Shown here: one piece after another, positions 1 to 9,411 of the stretch | How the letters are laid out: every line of letters begins with the position of its first letter | How positions within the stretch are numbered: the stretch's first letter is position 1 | Assembly: GCA_025464975.1 (NCBI GenBank) | Contig: JAODMT010000010.1 | Location: forward strand, 27,322-91,321 | DNA length: 64,000 bases | Reading direction: 5' to 3' | DNA from: Microbacteriaceae bacterium | GTDB taxonomy: Bacteria > Actinomycetota > Actinomycetes > Actinomycetales > Microbacteriaceae | Notes under the pieces: model-generated | The model's input: the letters and a program-made list of their open reading frames with translations, nothing else | Databases searched by the model: none | Told to the model about the DNA's origin: nothing | Made by a program: the position numbers and the translations under genes

Positions 1-2
1 GC

Positions 3-617
3 AATGGGATCGTCGCCGCCTACCGAAACCTGTGGAAAGAGCTCACCGGTTCCGAGTCCTTCTCCTCGTCGGAACGCTGGCGGATCAACGAACGGGTCGA
101 GCGCCTCAATCGGCTCGGGTTTGACATCGAAGAGCTCGCGATCAAGACCGACGACTCCGGCTCGAAGGTGCGGATCCAGCCCAAGGTGGTGGACGCCGGC
201 CACCACCAGAGGAGGCTCTTGCGTCTCACGGGCCTAGATGCCCAGGAGAACCAGGCCCGCAGACTGCTCAACGACCTCGACTCCTACACCGCCCGCTTCC
301 ACAAGGAGGGCATGGACGAGGAGATGGCGGCGCACGAATGGCTCGCGAAGGTGTTCGAGCCGGTCTCCCGCGCCATCCCGCGCGAACTCAAGGGCAGGCT
401 CGAGCCGGCGGAGGTGTTCCACCAACTGCTCGACCACCGCTGGTATCTCTCCCAGAACGAGAACCGGGACGTTCCGCTCGCCGAGGCGGTCAGTTCCTAC
501 GTCGACAACGTCTTGCGGCACCGCCGGGACGAGGCGACGGTGATTGCGCCGGCGACGGGAACCATCACCCTGCCGGTCGACATCGTGGCGGACGACGACT
601 GGCGCTCAAAGGTCTAG
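3..617 (+). CDS. DUF4032 domain-containing protein, C-terminal part (5' end outside window)
   Basis: Frame 3 is open from the window edge (NGIVAAYRNLWKELTGSE...RVERLNRLGFDIEELAIKTDD) into the listed ORF 168..617. It resembles actinobacterial DUF4032 proteins from memory. No catalytic motif recognised. Confidence 0.55.
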   Translation, partial: NGIVAAYRNLWKELTGSESFSSSERWRINERVERLNRLGFDIEELAIKTDDSGSKVRIQPKVVDAGHHQRRLLRLTGLDAQENQARRLLNDLDSYTARFHKEGMDEEMAAHEWLAKVFEPVSRAIPRELKGRLEPAEVFHQLLDHRWYLSQNENRDVPLAEAVSSYVDNVLRHRRDEATVIAPATGTITLPVDIVADDDWRSKV

Positions 618-655
618 GTCAACGGACAGCGGATGCGGCACCTGCCGCGCCGCGT

Positions 656-1675
656 CTACTTTTTCTTGGCGCGCTGCTTCGATATCTCGTAGAGGGTGAC
701 GCTCGCGGCGATTCCCGCGTTCAGCGACTCGGTCGAAGAGCTGATCGGGATCGAAACCACCGCGTCGCAGGTCTCGGTCACAAGGCGGGACAGGCCCTTG
801 CCCTCGCTTCCCACGACCACGACTATCGGTTCCTTCGCCCAGGACAACTCAGGAAGCGGCGTGTCACCGTCGCCGGCGAGTCCGAGCACGAAGACGCCGC
901 GCTCCTTGAACGCCTTGAGGGTCTGGGTGAGATTGGAAGCCATCGCGACGGGGGTGCGAGCGGCCGCGCCAGCCGAAGTCTTCCACGCGGCGGCGGTGAG
1001 TCCGACCGATCGACGCTGCGGAACGATCACGCCGTGACCGCCGAAGGCAGCAACCGAGCGGATGATCGCACCGAGGTTGCGCGGATCCGTCACGCCATCC
1101 AGTGCGACAAGCAGCGGCACCCGCCCACTCGCGACGATCTTGTCGAGCAGGTCGGTGGGATGCGCGTACTCGTACGGCGGCACCTTGAGCGCGAGTCCCT
1201 GGTGAACCGAGTCGAAACCGGCGAGTCTGTCGAGTTCGGGGCGCATCACCTCGAGGATCGGCAGTCCACGTTTGGTCGCGATCTGCATGACCTCCTTGAC
1301 GCGGTCGTCGTATTCGATGCGGGTCGCGATATAGAGGGCAGTGACCGGAATCTTGGCCCGAAGCGCCTCGAGAACCGAGTTGCGTCCGGTGACAACCTCG
1401 AACTCTTCCGTCTGCTTCGGCCGCTGGGCCCGCTGCAGTCCGGCCGGGCGCTGCGGCGCCCCGGTGCTTGAGGGCCGCTTACCGCCGGCCGCTGCGAAAC
1501 GGTCGTTGGCCGCCTTGCGCTTTCCGGCGGGGTGGTACGGGCGATCCTCCGCCTTAGGGGTCGGCTTCTTCCCCTCGAGAGCCTGACGGCCCTGGCCGCC
1601 GGATCCGACCTGCGGTCCCTTGCTCACTCGGCGAACCGCGCCTGCGCGCGGCTTGTTCGCTCCACTGCTTTTCAT
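656..1675 (-). CDS. rlmB: 23S rRNA (guanosine-2'-O)-methyltransferase RlmB, SpoU/TrmH family
   Basis: SpoU motifs [19 protein letters not shown] and [10 protein letters not shown] follow a long basic N-terminal extension. The ATG overlaps the cysS stop (TAATG). It sits downstream of cysS, as in mycobacteria. Confidence 0.85.
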   Translation of the reverse strand: MKSSGANKPRAGAVRRVSKGPQVGSGGQGRQALEGKKPTPKAEDRPYHPAGKRKAANDRFAAAGGKRPSSTGAPQRPAGLQRAQRPKQTEEFEVVTGRNSVLEALRAKIPVTALYIATRIEYDDRVKEVMQIATKRGLPILEVMRPELDRLAGFDSVHQGLALKVPPYEYAHPTDLLDKIVASGRVPLLVALDGVTDPRNLGAIIRSVAAFGGHGVIVPQRRSVGLTAAAWKTSAGAAARTPVAMASNLTQTLKAFKERGVFVLGLAGDGDTPLPELSWAKEPIVVVVGSEGKGLSRLVTETCDAVVSIPISSSTESLNAGIAASVTLYEISKQRAKKK

Positions 1676-3096
1676 TAGTCAAGACTCCAATGTGACCCCG
1701 TCGGGGTGTCTTCGATCTGGATGCCGGCTGCGGCAAGTTCATCGCGAATGCGATCGGCAGAGTTGAAATCCCGTGCCTTGCGTGCCGTATCCCTGTCCTC
1801 GATCAACTTCTCGACGAGTATGGCGAGCGCTACGCTCCCCGGATCATTCGCGGCAGTCTGCCACTCTACGGCCATTGGGTTGATTCCGAGAACTTCTGTC
1901 ATCGCGAGAACCTGGCCCTGCAGCGCCGCGGCGGCTTGAAGGTCCTCCGCGTCGAGTGCCGCGTTGCCGGCGCGCACCTGCTCGTGCAGCACGGCAACGG
2001 CCTGCGGGATCGCCAGGTCGTCATCCATCGCCTCGGCGAACTCCGTCGGAACAAGCTGCGCCCCGCTGCCCGCGAACTGCGTTCCCTCGAGCCGGCGCTC
2101 CGCACGATCGAGGAAGACCTCGATGCGCTCAAGGGCCGCCTCCGCCTCGAGGAGAGCGCCGTCGTGGTAGTCGATAGTGGAGCGGTAGTGGGCCGCGCCG
2201 AGGTAGTAGCGGACCACGAGTGGCCGGGCCTGATCAAGAAATTCGGACGCGTAGATGGAATTGCCGAGCGACTTGGACATCTTCTGCCCGTTCACATTCA
2301 CGAGCCCGTTGTGCACCCACGCGTTGGCGAACGCGTAGCCGGCGGCCGACGACTGGGCAAGCTCGTTCTCGTGATGCGGAAAGCGCAGGTCGAGACCGCC
2401 GCCGTGAATGTCGAACCGGGTCCCGAGATATTGCGACGACATCGCCGAGCATTCGATGTGCCACCCCGGTCGACCGTCGCCCCACGGCGAGGGGAACGAC
2501 GACGAGACGGGTTCCTCAGGCTTGTGCCCCTTCCACAGGGCGAAGTCGCGCTGATCCCGCTTACCCCGTGTTGCGGCATCCGCCGAGGCCGCCATGTCGT
2601 CCGGCTTCTGATTGGTCAGTTCGCCGTACGCCGGCCAGGACGCCACATCGAAGTAGACGTCCGCGGATTCGTCGTCGGCGACATAGGCGTGACCGCGCTC
2701 GATGAGCCTCGCGATGAGTCGCTGCATCTGCGGGATGCTCGCGGTCGCGCGCGGCTCGTAGGTCGGGGCCAGGATGCCGAGGCGCTGGTAGGCGGCGGTG
2801 AACTCGAGCTCATACCGGTAGGCGAGCGCCCACCATTCCTCCGTCGAAGCGAGCGCGTTGGAGAGAATCTTGTCGTCAATGTCGGTGACGTTGCGGACCA
2901 GCGTGACCGCGTAGCCGCGGTAGGTCAGCCAGCGACGCCACTGGTCGTAGACCAGGGCGGACCGCAAGTGCCCGATATGCGGGGAGGACTGCACCGTCGG
3001 TCCGCACACGTAGATTCCAACCTCCCCCTCGACGAGTGGAATCAAGTCCAGAAGCCCTTGGGTACGGGAGTCGTAGAGGCGCACTGTCACGGACAC
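1675..3096 (-). CDS. cysS: cysteine--tRNA ligase
   Basis: Class I aaRS signatures HIGH (SPHIGHLRS) and KMSKS are both present. 473 aa. Confidence 0.95.
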   Translation of the reverse strand: MSVTVRLYDSRTQGLLDLIPLVEGEVGIYVCGPTVQSSPHIGHLRSALVYDQWRRWLTYRGYAVTLVRNVTDIDDKILSNALASTEEWWALAYRYELEFTAAYQRLGILAPTYEPRATASIPQMQRLIARLIERGHAYVADDESADVYFDVASWPAYGELTNQKPDDMAASADAATRGKRDQRDFALWKGHKPEEPVSSSFPSPWGDGRPGWHIECSAMSSQYLGTRFDIHGGGLDLRFPHHENELAQSSAAGYAFANAWVHNGLVNVNGQKMSKSLGNSIYASEFLDQARPLVVRYYLGAAHYRSTIDYHDGALLEAEAALERIEVFLDRAERRLEGTQFAGSGAQLVPTEFAEAMDDDLAIPQAVAVLHEQVRAGNAALDAEDLQAAAALQGQVLAMTEVLGINPMAVEWQTAANDPGSVALAILVEKLIEDRDTARKARDFNSADRIRDELAAAGIQIEDTPTGSHWSLD

Positions 3097-3099
3097 AGC

Positions 3100-4299
3100 C
3101 TAACGAGTGCGCTGAAGCAGGCATGTCGCAATGACAGCGACGCCCTCGCCTGCCCCGGTGAAGCCGAGGCCGTCCGAGGTGGTTGCCGCGACGCTCACCG
3201 GTGCGCCGACGAGAGTGGAGAGCCGCGCCTCAAGCTCGGCGCGACGCCGTCCGATCTTCGGATGATTTGCGACAACCTGCACCGCAACGTTGCCCACCTC
3301 GTACCCGGCCGCCGTGACCATCGCCACGCTGGCGGCGATGAAGACGTCACCGTGAGCGTCGGCGAATCGCGGGTCCGCAGTGCCGAAGTTGGAGCCGACA
3401 TCGCCGAGGCCGGCCGCCGAGAGCAACGCGTCGCAGATGGCGTGACTCACGGCATCCCCGTCGCTGTGTCCGGCCAATCCGACCTCGCCCGGCCAGGCCA
3501 GGCCGCCGAGCCAAAGCGGACTCTCGCTGTCGTACGCGTGAACGTCGATGCCGACGCCGGTGCGGGACCCCCGCACGGTCGGCGAGGTCTGCGGCGCGAG
3601 CGACTCGGCCCGGCGAAGATCCCACGCGGTGGTGATCTTGAAGGCGAGCGGGTCCCCGTCGATGATTCTCACCGGGTGCCCGGCCGCGGAAAACACGGCG
3701 GCATCGTCCGTGAACTCAGCCTCAGCCGCGGCGTAGGCCGCCTCGAGCAGGTCGCGCGGAAATCCCTGCGGGGTCTGCACGGCAACGAGCTCCGAGCGGT
3801 CGACGGTCGCGACGGCAAGCTCCCCATCGGTGCGCTTGATTGTGTCGCTCACCGGGAGCCCCGGGATGATCCCCGCCCCCGTGACTCGAACGCCGCCGAC
3901 GACAGCGTCGAACAGCGCGCTCGGAGTGAACGCCCGCGCCGCGTCGTGCACGAGCACGGTGCGCACGTCGGGTCCGAGGGCCGCCAGACCGGCGGCGACG
4001 GAACCCTGACGGGTGTCGGAGCCGGCGACAACGGAAAGGTAGGCGCCGGCGGCACCGGCCAGATGGGCGCCGAGCCGTCTCGCCTCGTCGAGCCAGGTCC
4101 TCGGGGCGACGACGACGACCTGCGCCGGCTCGCGCATCCCGAAGACGGACTCGAGCGCGTGGGCCAGAATCGGGCGACCGGAGACGAGCACGAAGGCCTT
4201 CGGATCGGAATGGCCGAGACGGGTGCCGCTTCCGGCGGCGACCACGATGACCCCGACGCTGGGATCCTCGCCGTCGCTCCTAGGAGGCAAGAACCTCAT
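3100..4299 (-). CDS. ispDF: bifunctional IspD/IspF (MEP cytidylyltransferase / MEcPP synthase) fusion
   Basis: The IspD glycine-rich loop [11 protein letters not shown] and the IspF signatures GVGIDVHAY and [11 protein letters not shown] lie in one uninterrupted frame. ATG 4299 was chosen as the first Met before the IspD loop; it overlaps the carD 3' end by 20 nt. The listed start at 4437 would lie deep inside carD. Confidence 0.85.
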   Translation of the reverse strand: MRFLPPRSDGEDPSVGVIVVAAGSGTRLGHSDPKAFVLVSGRPILAHALESVFGMREPAQVVVVAPRTWLDEARRLGAHLAGAAGAYLSVVAGSDTRQGSVAAGLAALGPDVRTVLVHDAARAFTPSALFDAVVGGVRVTGAGIIPGLPVSDTIKRTDGELAVATVDRSELVAVQTPQGFPRDLLEAAYAAAEAEFTDDAAVFSAAGHPVRIIDGDPLAFKITTAWDLRRAESLAPQTSPTVRGSRTGVGIDVHAYDSESPLWLGGLAWPGEVGLAGHSDGDAVSHAICDALLSAAGLGDVGSNFGTADPRFADAHGDVFIAASVAMVTAAGYEVGNVAVQVVANHPKIGRRRAELEARLSTLVGAPVSVAATTSDGLGFTGAGEGVAVIATCLLQRTR

Positions 4300-4762
4300 C
4301 GAGAACGGTCGAGGCCTTCTCTTCGTCGGTCTTCTCGGCGAGCGCAAGCTCGGAGATGAGAATCTGGCGGGCCTTGGCGAGCATCCGCTTCTCCCCGGCC
4401 GACAGTCCGCGGTCCTGGTCGCGGCGCCACAGGTCACGCACCACCTCGGAGACCTTGATCACGTCACCGGAGGCAAGCTTCTCGAGGTTGGCCTTGTAGC
4501 GGCGAGACCAGTTGGTCGGCTCCTCGGTGAACGGTGCGCGCAGGACTTCGAATACCCGATCCAGCCCGTCTGCCCCGATGACGTCCCGGACCCCCACGAG
4601 GTCCACGTTTTCCGCCGGAACCTCGATCACGAGGTCGCCCTGGTTCACGTTGAGCTTGAGGTAGATCTTCTCTTCGCCCCTGATGACCCGCGTCTTCACT
4701 TCGGTGATTGTTGCGGCACCATGGTGGGGATAGACGACCGTCTCTCCGACCTCGAAAATCAT
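4280..4762 (-). CDS. carD: CarD family RNA-polymerase-binding transcriptional regulator
   Basis: 160 aa with a TRCF-like N-terminus ([17 protein letters not shown]). The carD-ispD-ispF-cysS order is conserved as in mycobacteria. Confidence 0.95.
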   Translation of the reverse strand: MIFEVGETVVYPHHGAATITEVKTRVIRGEEKIYLKLNVNQGDLVIEVPAENVDLVGVRDVIGADGLDRVFEVLRAPFTEEPTNWSRRYKANLEKLASGDVIKVSEVVRDLWRRDQDRGLSAGEKRMLAKARQILISELALAEKTDEEKASTVLDEVLAS

Positions 4763-4933
4763 GACCCGGCTCCTTCAGTCCGGTCCAGTTTATCACGGCA
4801 ATTTCTCAGATTCAGAGGAAGCGTAGGGCACGACGGGTGCCGAGGGGCCGGTCATCCGTGCGCTAAACTTGCCGTGCAGTTCCCGCGGGTTCGCCGCGAG
4901 ATGGAGCCGTTTGTCTTTTCCTGGAGGGTCCCC

Positions 4934-5512
4934 GTGAGAACTCGCATCGCTGCTTCCGTCGTTGTGGCGGCAACGTTGTTGCTCGCGACGACCGCCTGCA
5001 CCTTCCTCACCCCTCAGTCCACCCTCAAGGTGTATAGCCCGAGCGACGGGGTGGATGCGACCGTCGGCCAGGTGGAAGTTCGCAACGCCATGCTGCTGTC
5101 GAAGGACGGCCAGGACGCGAGCTTCGTCGTGAGCATGGTCAACGACGGCCAGAAGGACGCGACCGTTCGCATCCAGTATGAGAGCAAGACCGCCTCCGGG
5201 TCGACCCACAAGGTGAACACCAACGTGCAACTGGCCGGCGGTGAGGTGAAGACCTTCGGCTCGTCGGACACGCGTCAGCTCGTCTTCACCGGCATCGACA
5301 CCAAGCCCGGCGCCCTGTTCCCGGTCTTTGTGCAGTACGGAAGCCTCACCGGTGACCAGATGCTCGTTCCAGTGCTCAACGGGGCGTTGGCGCCCTACGG
5401 AAAGCTTCTGCCGACGCCGACGCCGACCCCATCGCCGAGCTTGACTCCGTCGCCGAGCGGCACCCCGACGCCGTCAGGTTCCCCGACACCGTCACCAAGC
5501 CCGAGCAACTAG
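4934..5512 (+). CDS. lipoprotein with C-terminal Pro/Thr/Ser-rich tail, unknown function
   Basis: GTG 4934 gives the signal peptide VRTRIAASVVVAATLLLATTAC with a lipobox Cys (ATG 4901 is an alternative start). The first ~230 codons of listed ORF 4223..5512 are antisense to carD and were discarded. Confidence 0.6.
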   Translation: MRTRIAASVVVAATLLLATTACTFLTPQSTLKVYSPSDGVDATVGQVEVRNAMLLSKDGQDASFVVSMVNDGQKDATVRIQYESKTASGSTHKVNTNVQLAGGEVKTFGSSDTRQLVFTGIDTKPGALFPVFVQYGSLTGDQMLVPVLNGALAPYGKLLPTPTPTPSPSLTPSPSGTPTPSGSPTPSPSPSN

Positions 5513-5584
5513 CCGCGAGGCATCTCCGCTGACCGCTGGCCCCCGCTTCTCACCGTCCGCGCCGCTGCCCGGTCGCCGAGCTGC

Positions 5585-5676
5585 CCCTTCCGGAATCCAT
5601 GCAGATCGAAGCGACACGCCGCCGCAGCCGTATTCCAGAGGGCGTGTCCCCGCCGATTGCATGCATTTCGGAAGGG
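5585..5676. other. long imperfect palindrome between convergent genes (bidirectional terminator candidate)
   Basis: Outer stem CCCTTCCG/CGGAAGGG, inner stem GACACGCC/GGCGTGTC, and imperfect CATGCA-containing middle arms. Confidence 0.45.
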
Positions 5677-5685
5677 TGCGGCGCC

Positions 5686-5768
5686 AGGAGTTGGCGAGCC
5701 CAGAAGCTGGAGCTCAGAGCGCTGGGAGCTCAAACGTGGGGAGCCCAGACGTTGAAACCCAGAGCCCA
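5686..5768. repeat. degenerate 14-21-nt tandem repeat array downstream of regX3
   Basis: The units are GAGCCCAGAAGCTG, GAGCTCAGAGCGCTGG, GAGCTCAAACGTGGG, GAGCCCAGACGTTG and GAGCCCAGACGTTG. The last two are perfect 14-mers, at 5731-5744 and 5752-5765. Confidence 0.6.
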
Positions 5769-5793
5769 GACGTTGGATGCTGGAACCGGAGCG

Positions 5794-6471
5794 CTACGCC
5801 TCGAATCGGTAGCCGAGACCGCGAACGGTCAACAGCATCGTCGGCTCCGACGGCTCCTTCTCGATCTTCGAGCGGATGCGCTTGACGTGCACGTCGAGCG
5901 TCTTGGTGTCTCCGAAGTAATCGGCCCCCCACACCCGGTCGATCAGCTGGCCCCGAGTAAGCACCCGGCCGGAGTTGCGCAGCAACACCTCGAGCAGCTC
6001 GTATTCCTTCAACGGCATGGGCGTCTCGGCCCCCCTCACCGTGACGGTGTGGCGGTCCACATCCATGCGGACGTCCCCCGACTCCAGGATGCTCATGTCG
6101 TCGGTGTCGGTCTCGATCCGACGCCGCATCACCGCGCGAATGCGGGCGAGCAATTCCCGGGTCGAATAGGGCTTCGTGACGTAATCGTCGGCCCCGAGTT
6201 CGAGCCCGACAACGACATCCACTTCACTGTCCTTTGCGGTGAGCATGATGATGGGCACCTGCGAGCGAGTGCGAATCTCCCGACACACCTCGGTCCCGGC
6301 GATCCCGGGAAGCATCAGATCGAGCAGAACGAGATCCGGAATCGATCGGTCGAACTCCGCAAGGGCGGCGATACCGTCGGCGGCGATCGTGGTCTCGTAG
6401 CCCTCCCGCCCAAGCAGGAACGCAAGCGGCTCGCTCAAGGACGGTTCGTCTTCGACGATCAGAATGCGCAA
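5794..6471 (-). CDS. regX3: OmpR/PhoB-family response regulator, RegX3 / Streptomyces-PhoP orthologue
   Basis: Near-colinear with RegX3 as recalled (DLVLLDLMLPG, GADDYVTKPYS, RVLTRGQLIDRVWGADY, GDTKTLDVHVKR). TTG start at 6471 is preceded by AAGAGG. Confidence 0.9.
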   Translation of the reverse strand: MRILIVEDEPSLSEPLAFLLGREGYETTIAADGIAALAEFDRSIPDLVLLDLMLPGIAGTEVCREIRTRSQVPIIMLTAKDSEVDVVVGLELGADDYVTKPYSTRELLARIRAVMRRRIETDTDDMSILESGDVRMDVDRHTVTVRGAETPMPLKEYELLEVLLRNSGRVLTRGQLIDRVWGADYFGDTKTLDVHVKRIRSKIEKEPSEPTMLLTVRGLGYRFEA

Positions 6472-6472
6472 A

Positions 6473-7624
6473 TCATGCCTCTTTCAGAGATGCACCGGCG
6501 GCATGCGAGGCCTCCGGAAGGCGGATGGTGAAGGTTGAACCGTTGCCCGGCTGCGACCAGACTCGAACGTCGCCGCCGTGGTTCTGCACCACGTGCTTGA
6601 CGATGCTGAGACCGAGGCCGGTCCCGCCGGTGTGGCGCGATCGCGCCGGATCAATTCGGAAGAATCGCTCGAACACCCGGTCGAGTTCCTCGTCCGGGAT
6701 GCCGATGCCCTGGTCGGTCACCGCGATTTCGACGATGCCGTCGGAATTGCTGACGCCGACGCCGACCCGGGAGCCCTTTGGCGAGTATTGGATGGCATTG
6801 GCGATGAGGTTGTGCAGCGCGACGGCAAGAAGCGGCTCGTCACCGTAGACCTCGGCCCCGGCATCGCCGCCACTGACGATCGTGACCCGGCTCGAGTCGG
6901 CGGCGACCCTGTTCTGATCGATCGCGAGCGCGATTACGTGGTCGATTTCCACGACTTCCGGACGGGTGAGCGCGTCCGCGGCCTGCAGCCGGGATAGTTC
7001 GATAATCTCCTGGGTGATTCGGGCGAGCCGCTCGGCTTCCTTCGTGAGGCGTTTGGCGAAGCGCCGCACCTGATCCGGTTCGTCGGAGGCGGCCTGAAGC
7101 GCCTCGGCGAGCAGGCCGACCGCGCCGATCGGCGTCTTCAGCTCGTGGCTGATGTTCGCGACGAAGTCGCGGCGCACCTCGTCGAGACGGTACGACTCCG
7201 TTCTGTCCTCGGCGAGCAGCAGCACGTAGCGGGCGCCGAGTCGGGCGACGCGCACGAATAGGTAGATGTTCGCGTCGCCGAACGGTCCGCGCGCAAGCTC
7301 GAGCTCTTGCGTGATCGGTTCGCCGTAGCGGCGAACGCGGTCCACTATGGTGACGAGCTCCGGGTGAACGAGGGCCTGATTCCAGACCAGGCCGAAGGCC
7401 ATGGCGCCCGGGCTTGCCTTCACCACGGTGTTGGACGGGTCGAGAACCACCCCGGCGGACTCGAGTGCCTCGATGACCTGGTCGACGCCGTCCGGGACCG
7501 CGGTGCTCGCGACATCCACCGCGCGCTGTCCCCGTCGGGCCGAGACGACGAGCACGACCACCATCCCGGCTCCGACAAGGATGCCAAAGACCAGTGCAAG
7601 CGTCACCAGCGTGGCGGAGTCCAT
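6473..7624 (-). CDS. senX3: sensor histidine kinase SenX3/PhoR-like
   Basis: N-terminal TM segment, H-box SHELKTPI and G-box GGTGLGLSIVKH. The stop lies 1 nt before the regX3 start. Confidence 0.85.
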   Translation of the reverse strand: MDSATLVTLALVFGILVGAGMVVVLVVSARRGQRAVDVASTAVPDGVDQVIEALESAGVVLDPSNTVVKASPGAMAFGLVWNQALVHPELVTIVDRVRRYGEPITQELELARGPFGDANIYLFVRVARLGARYVLLLAEDRTESYRLDEVRRDFVANISHELKTPIGAVGLLAEALQAASDEPDQVRRFAKRLTKEAERLARITQEIIELSRLQAADALTRPEVVEIDHVIALAIDQNRVAADSSRVTIVSGGDAGAEVYGDEPLLAVALHNLIANAIQYSPKGSRVGVGVSNSDGIVEIAVTDQGIGIPDEELDRVFERFFRIDPARSRHTGGTGLGLSIVKHVVQNHGGDVRVWSQPGNGSTFTIRLPEASHAAGASLKEA

Positions 7625-7695
7625 AGCGACTAGATTAGTTACATCTCGCGACTCGACCTGCTACCCACCGTTCTGGCCGCGTCGATTGGCGAGTT

Positions 7696-7728
7696 GTTCA
7701 GGCGCACGTCATCCGCTGTTCATTTTCG
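7696..7728 (+). promoter_or_regulatory. PHO-box-like triple 11-nt direct repeat in the senX3 / phoU divergent region
   Basis: GTTCAGGCGCA CGTCATCCGCT GTTCATTTTCG: three contiguous 11-nt units, each starting with (G/C)GTCA or GTTCA. Confidence 0.55.
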
Positions 7729-7789
7729 CGGGGCAGTGTGGCAAAGAACTGTGTTGGCTCTCAGGCCCGCACCGAAAGGGACGTGAACG

Positions 7790-8443
7790 ATGCGCGAGGT
7801 ATTCCAGCAGGAACTGGCGGAGGTGCAAGAGCGACTCGTCGAGATCGCGGCACTCGTCGAGACCTCGATCGAGAACGCCACCCGCGCCTTCAATGAATCG
7901 AACGTCGCCCTCGCCGAGGCGGTGATCGCGGACGACGACAAGATCGACGCGGCGGCGGTCGCCCTCGACGAACTGGCGATCAACATTCTCGCCCGCCAGC
8001 AGCCGGTCGCCCGCGATCTACGAATCGTGGTGAGCGCGCTGCGCATCAGCGCTTCGCTCGAGCGGATGGGCGACATGTCGGAGCACATCGCCCAACTGGC
8101 CCGATACCGCTTCCCAGACAAGGTGGTGCCGAAGTCGCTTCGCACGACCTTTTCCGAACTGGGCAGGCTCGACGTGCAAATCGCACGCAAGCTCACCGAG
8201 CTGCTTCGGTCCGAGGACGTGCGCCTCGCCGAAGAGATCCGCAACGACGACGACCAGATAGACGCGCTGCACCTGAGCGTCTTCGACAAGGTGCTCGGCG
8301 AGACCTGGAAGGGTGCGGCCGTCGACACGGTCGACGCGACCCTCGCCTCGAGGTATCACGAGCGATTCGCCGACCATGCCGTGTCTATCTCGAAGAAGGT
8401 GCAGTACCTCGCGACCGGTGACTGGGTGGCGGCCGAAGCCTAG
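7790..8443 (+). CDS. phoU: phosphate signalling complex protein PhoU
   Basis: Two PhoU repeats with acidic motifs (ADDDKIDAAA, NDDDQIDALH). 217 aa. Divergent from senX3-regX3, as with Streptomyces phoU/phoRP. Confidence 0.9.
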   Translation: MREVFQQELAEVQERLVEIAALVETSIENATRAFNESNVALAEAVIADDDKIDAAAVALDELAINILARQQPVARDLRIVVSALRISASLERMGDMSEHIAQLARYRFPDKVVPKSLRTTFSELGRLDVQIARKLTELLRSEDVRLAEEIRNDDDQIDALHLSVFDKVLGETWKGAAVDTVDATLASRYHERFADHAVSISKKVQYLATGDWVAAEA

Positions 8444-8451
8444 CCCCGGGT

Positions 8452-9411
8452 TCAGCCCAAGCGTTCCGACAGCACGCGAAGGGCTGCCGCGCGGTCCTCG
8501 CCTCCGCCCGCGTCGTGGCCGTTGTGCGGCCACACCGCGATGTGCTTGGGACCCGCGTACGCCTCGTGCACCGCGAAGGTCGTCGATGGGGGGCAGATGT
8601 CGTCCATGAGTCCAGTCGAGAACCAGGCCGGGGCGGATGCTCGAGCCGCGAAGGCGAGGCCGTCGAAATAGGCGAGCGTCCCGAACGCGCGATCGCGATC
8701 GTATCGCCGCACCCTCAAGAGTTCGACGAGTTCGAGGTACGGTGTGCGCTGGGCCGCGGCAACGGCGTTCTCGATGTCACACATGAATGGCGCTTGCACG
8801 AGGAGCGCCCGCACGTCGTGTGAGAGTGTCGCGGCGGCAAGCGCGATCCCGCCGCCCTGGCTGTTTCCGATGAGCGCGACTCGGGCCGCGTCAACGGCGT
8901 CGAGGGACCGCACGGCGTCGATCGCGCGCACCGCGTCCGCGTAGACCCGACGGTAGTAAAAGTTCGAGGCGGACTCGAGACCCCGCGTGATGAAGCCGTG
9001 CACGCTGGCATCGCTGCCGAACGGCGGATCCAGAGTTACCCCGTCCCCCTGCCCGCGCGTGTCCATCAGCAGGTGCGCGTAGCCCGCGGCGGACCAGGCG
9101 AGCTTGTCGGTCAGGTGTCCACGACCCGCCCCGTATCCGGTGAAATGCACGACCGCTGGCAGAGGTTCGCGCGCGCCCGCTGGTAGCCGCAGCCACGCGT
9201 GTATCCGGTGCCCGTCGAAGCCCGCGTAGCTCAGGTCGAAGGCATCGATGGTGCGAAGTCCCGACTCGACGGGGGTGATGCGCACGTCGAGGTCGTGCGC
9301 CCGCGTGCCGGCGATAGTGTCGCGCCAGAACGCATCGAAGTCGTCGGGCTCCTGGAAGCGGATGCGCCCCCCGTCCTCCGTCTGGAAGGTGGATGCCGTG
9401 GTCGCGCTCAT
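8452..9411 (-). CDS. acetylxylan esterase / cephalosporin-C deacetylase family (CE7)
   Basis: Nucleophile elbow GNSQGGGIALAA and RGQG motif (MDTRGQGDG). ATG 9411 overlaps the upstream ROK stop (ATGA). Confidence 0.75.
   Translation of the reverse strand: MSATTASTFQTEDGGRIRFQEPDDFDAFWRDTIAGTRAHDLDVRITPVESGLRTIDAFDLSYAGFDGHRIHAWLRLPAGAREPLPAVVHFTGYGAGRGHLTDKLAWSAAGYAHLLMDTRGQGDGVTLDPPFGSDASVHGFITRGLESASNFYYRRVYADAVRAIDAVRSLDAVDAARVALIGNSQGGGIALAAATLSHDVRALLVQAPFMCDIENAVAAAQRTPYLELVELLRVRRYDRDRAFGTLAYFDGLAFAARASAPAWFSTGLMDDICPPSTTFAVHEAYAGPKHIAVWPHNGHDAGGGEDRAAALRVLSERLG

Noticed and set aside
1936-4359. 807-aa ORF on the plus strand, the longest in the region
   Set aside because: It lies entirely antisense to the motif-supported cysS and ispDF genes. 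The translation is Arg/Gly/Val-rich with no recognisable domain. This is a typical stop-free antisense frame in GC-rich DNA.
4223-4900. 5' two-thirds of listed ORF 4223..5512
   Set aside because: It is antisense to carD and to the ispDF start. The credible protein begins at the signal peptide (4934, or 4901).
5686-5768. Possible CRISPR array
   Set aside because: The units are 14-21 nt, degenerate and contiguous with no spacers. There are only five copies and no cas genes anywhere in the window.
5599-6531. 310-aa ORF covering the tandem-repeat spacer and antisense regX3
   Set aside because: Most of it is antisense to regX3. The part over 5686-5768 merely translates the DNA repeats (..AQKLELRALGAQTWGAQTLKPRAQTL..).
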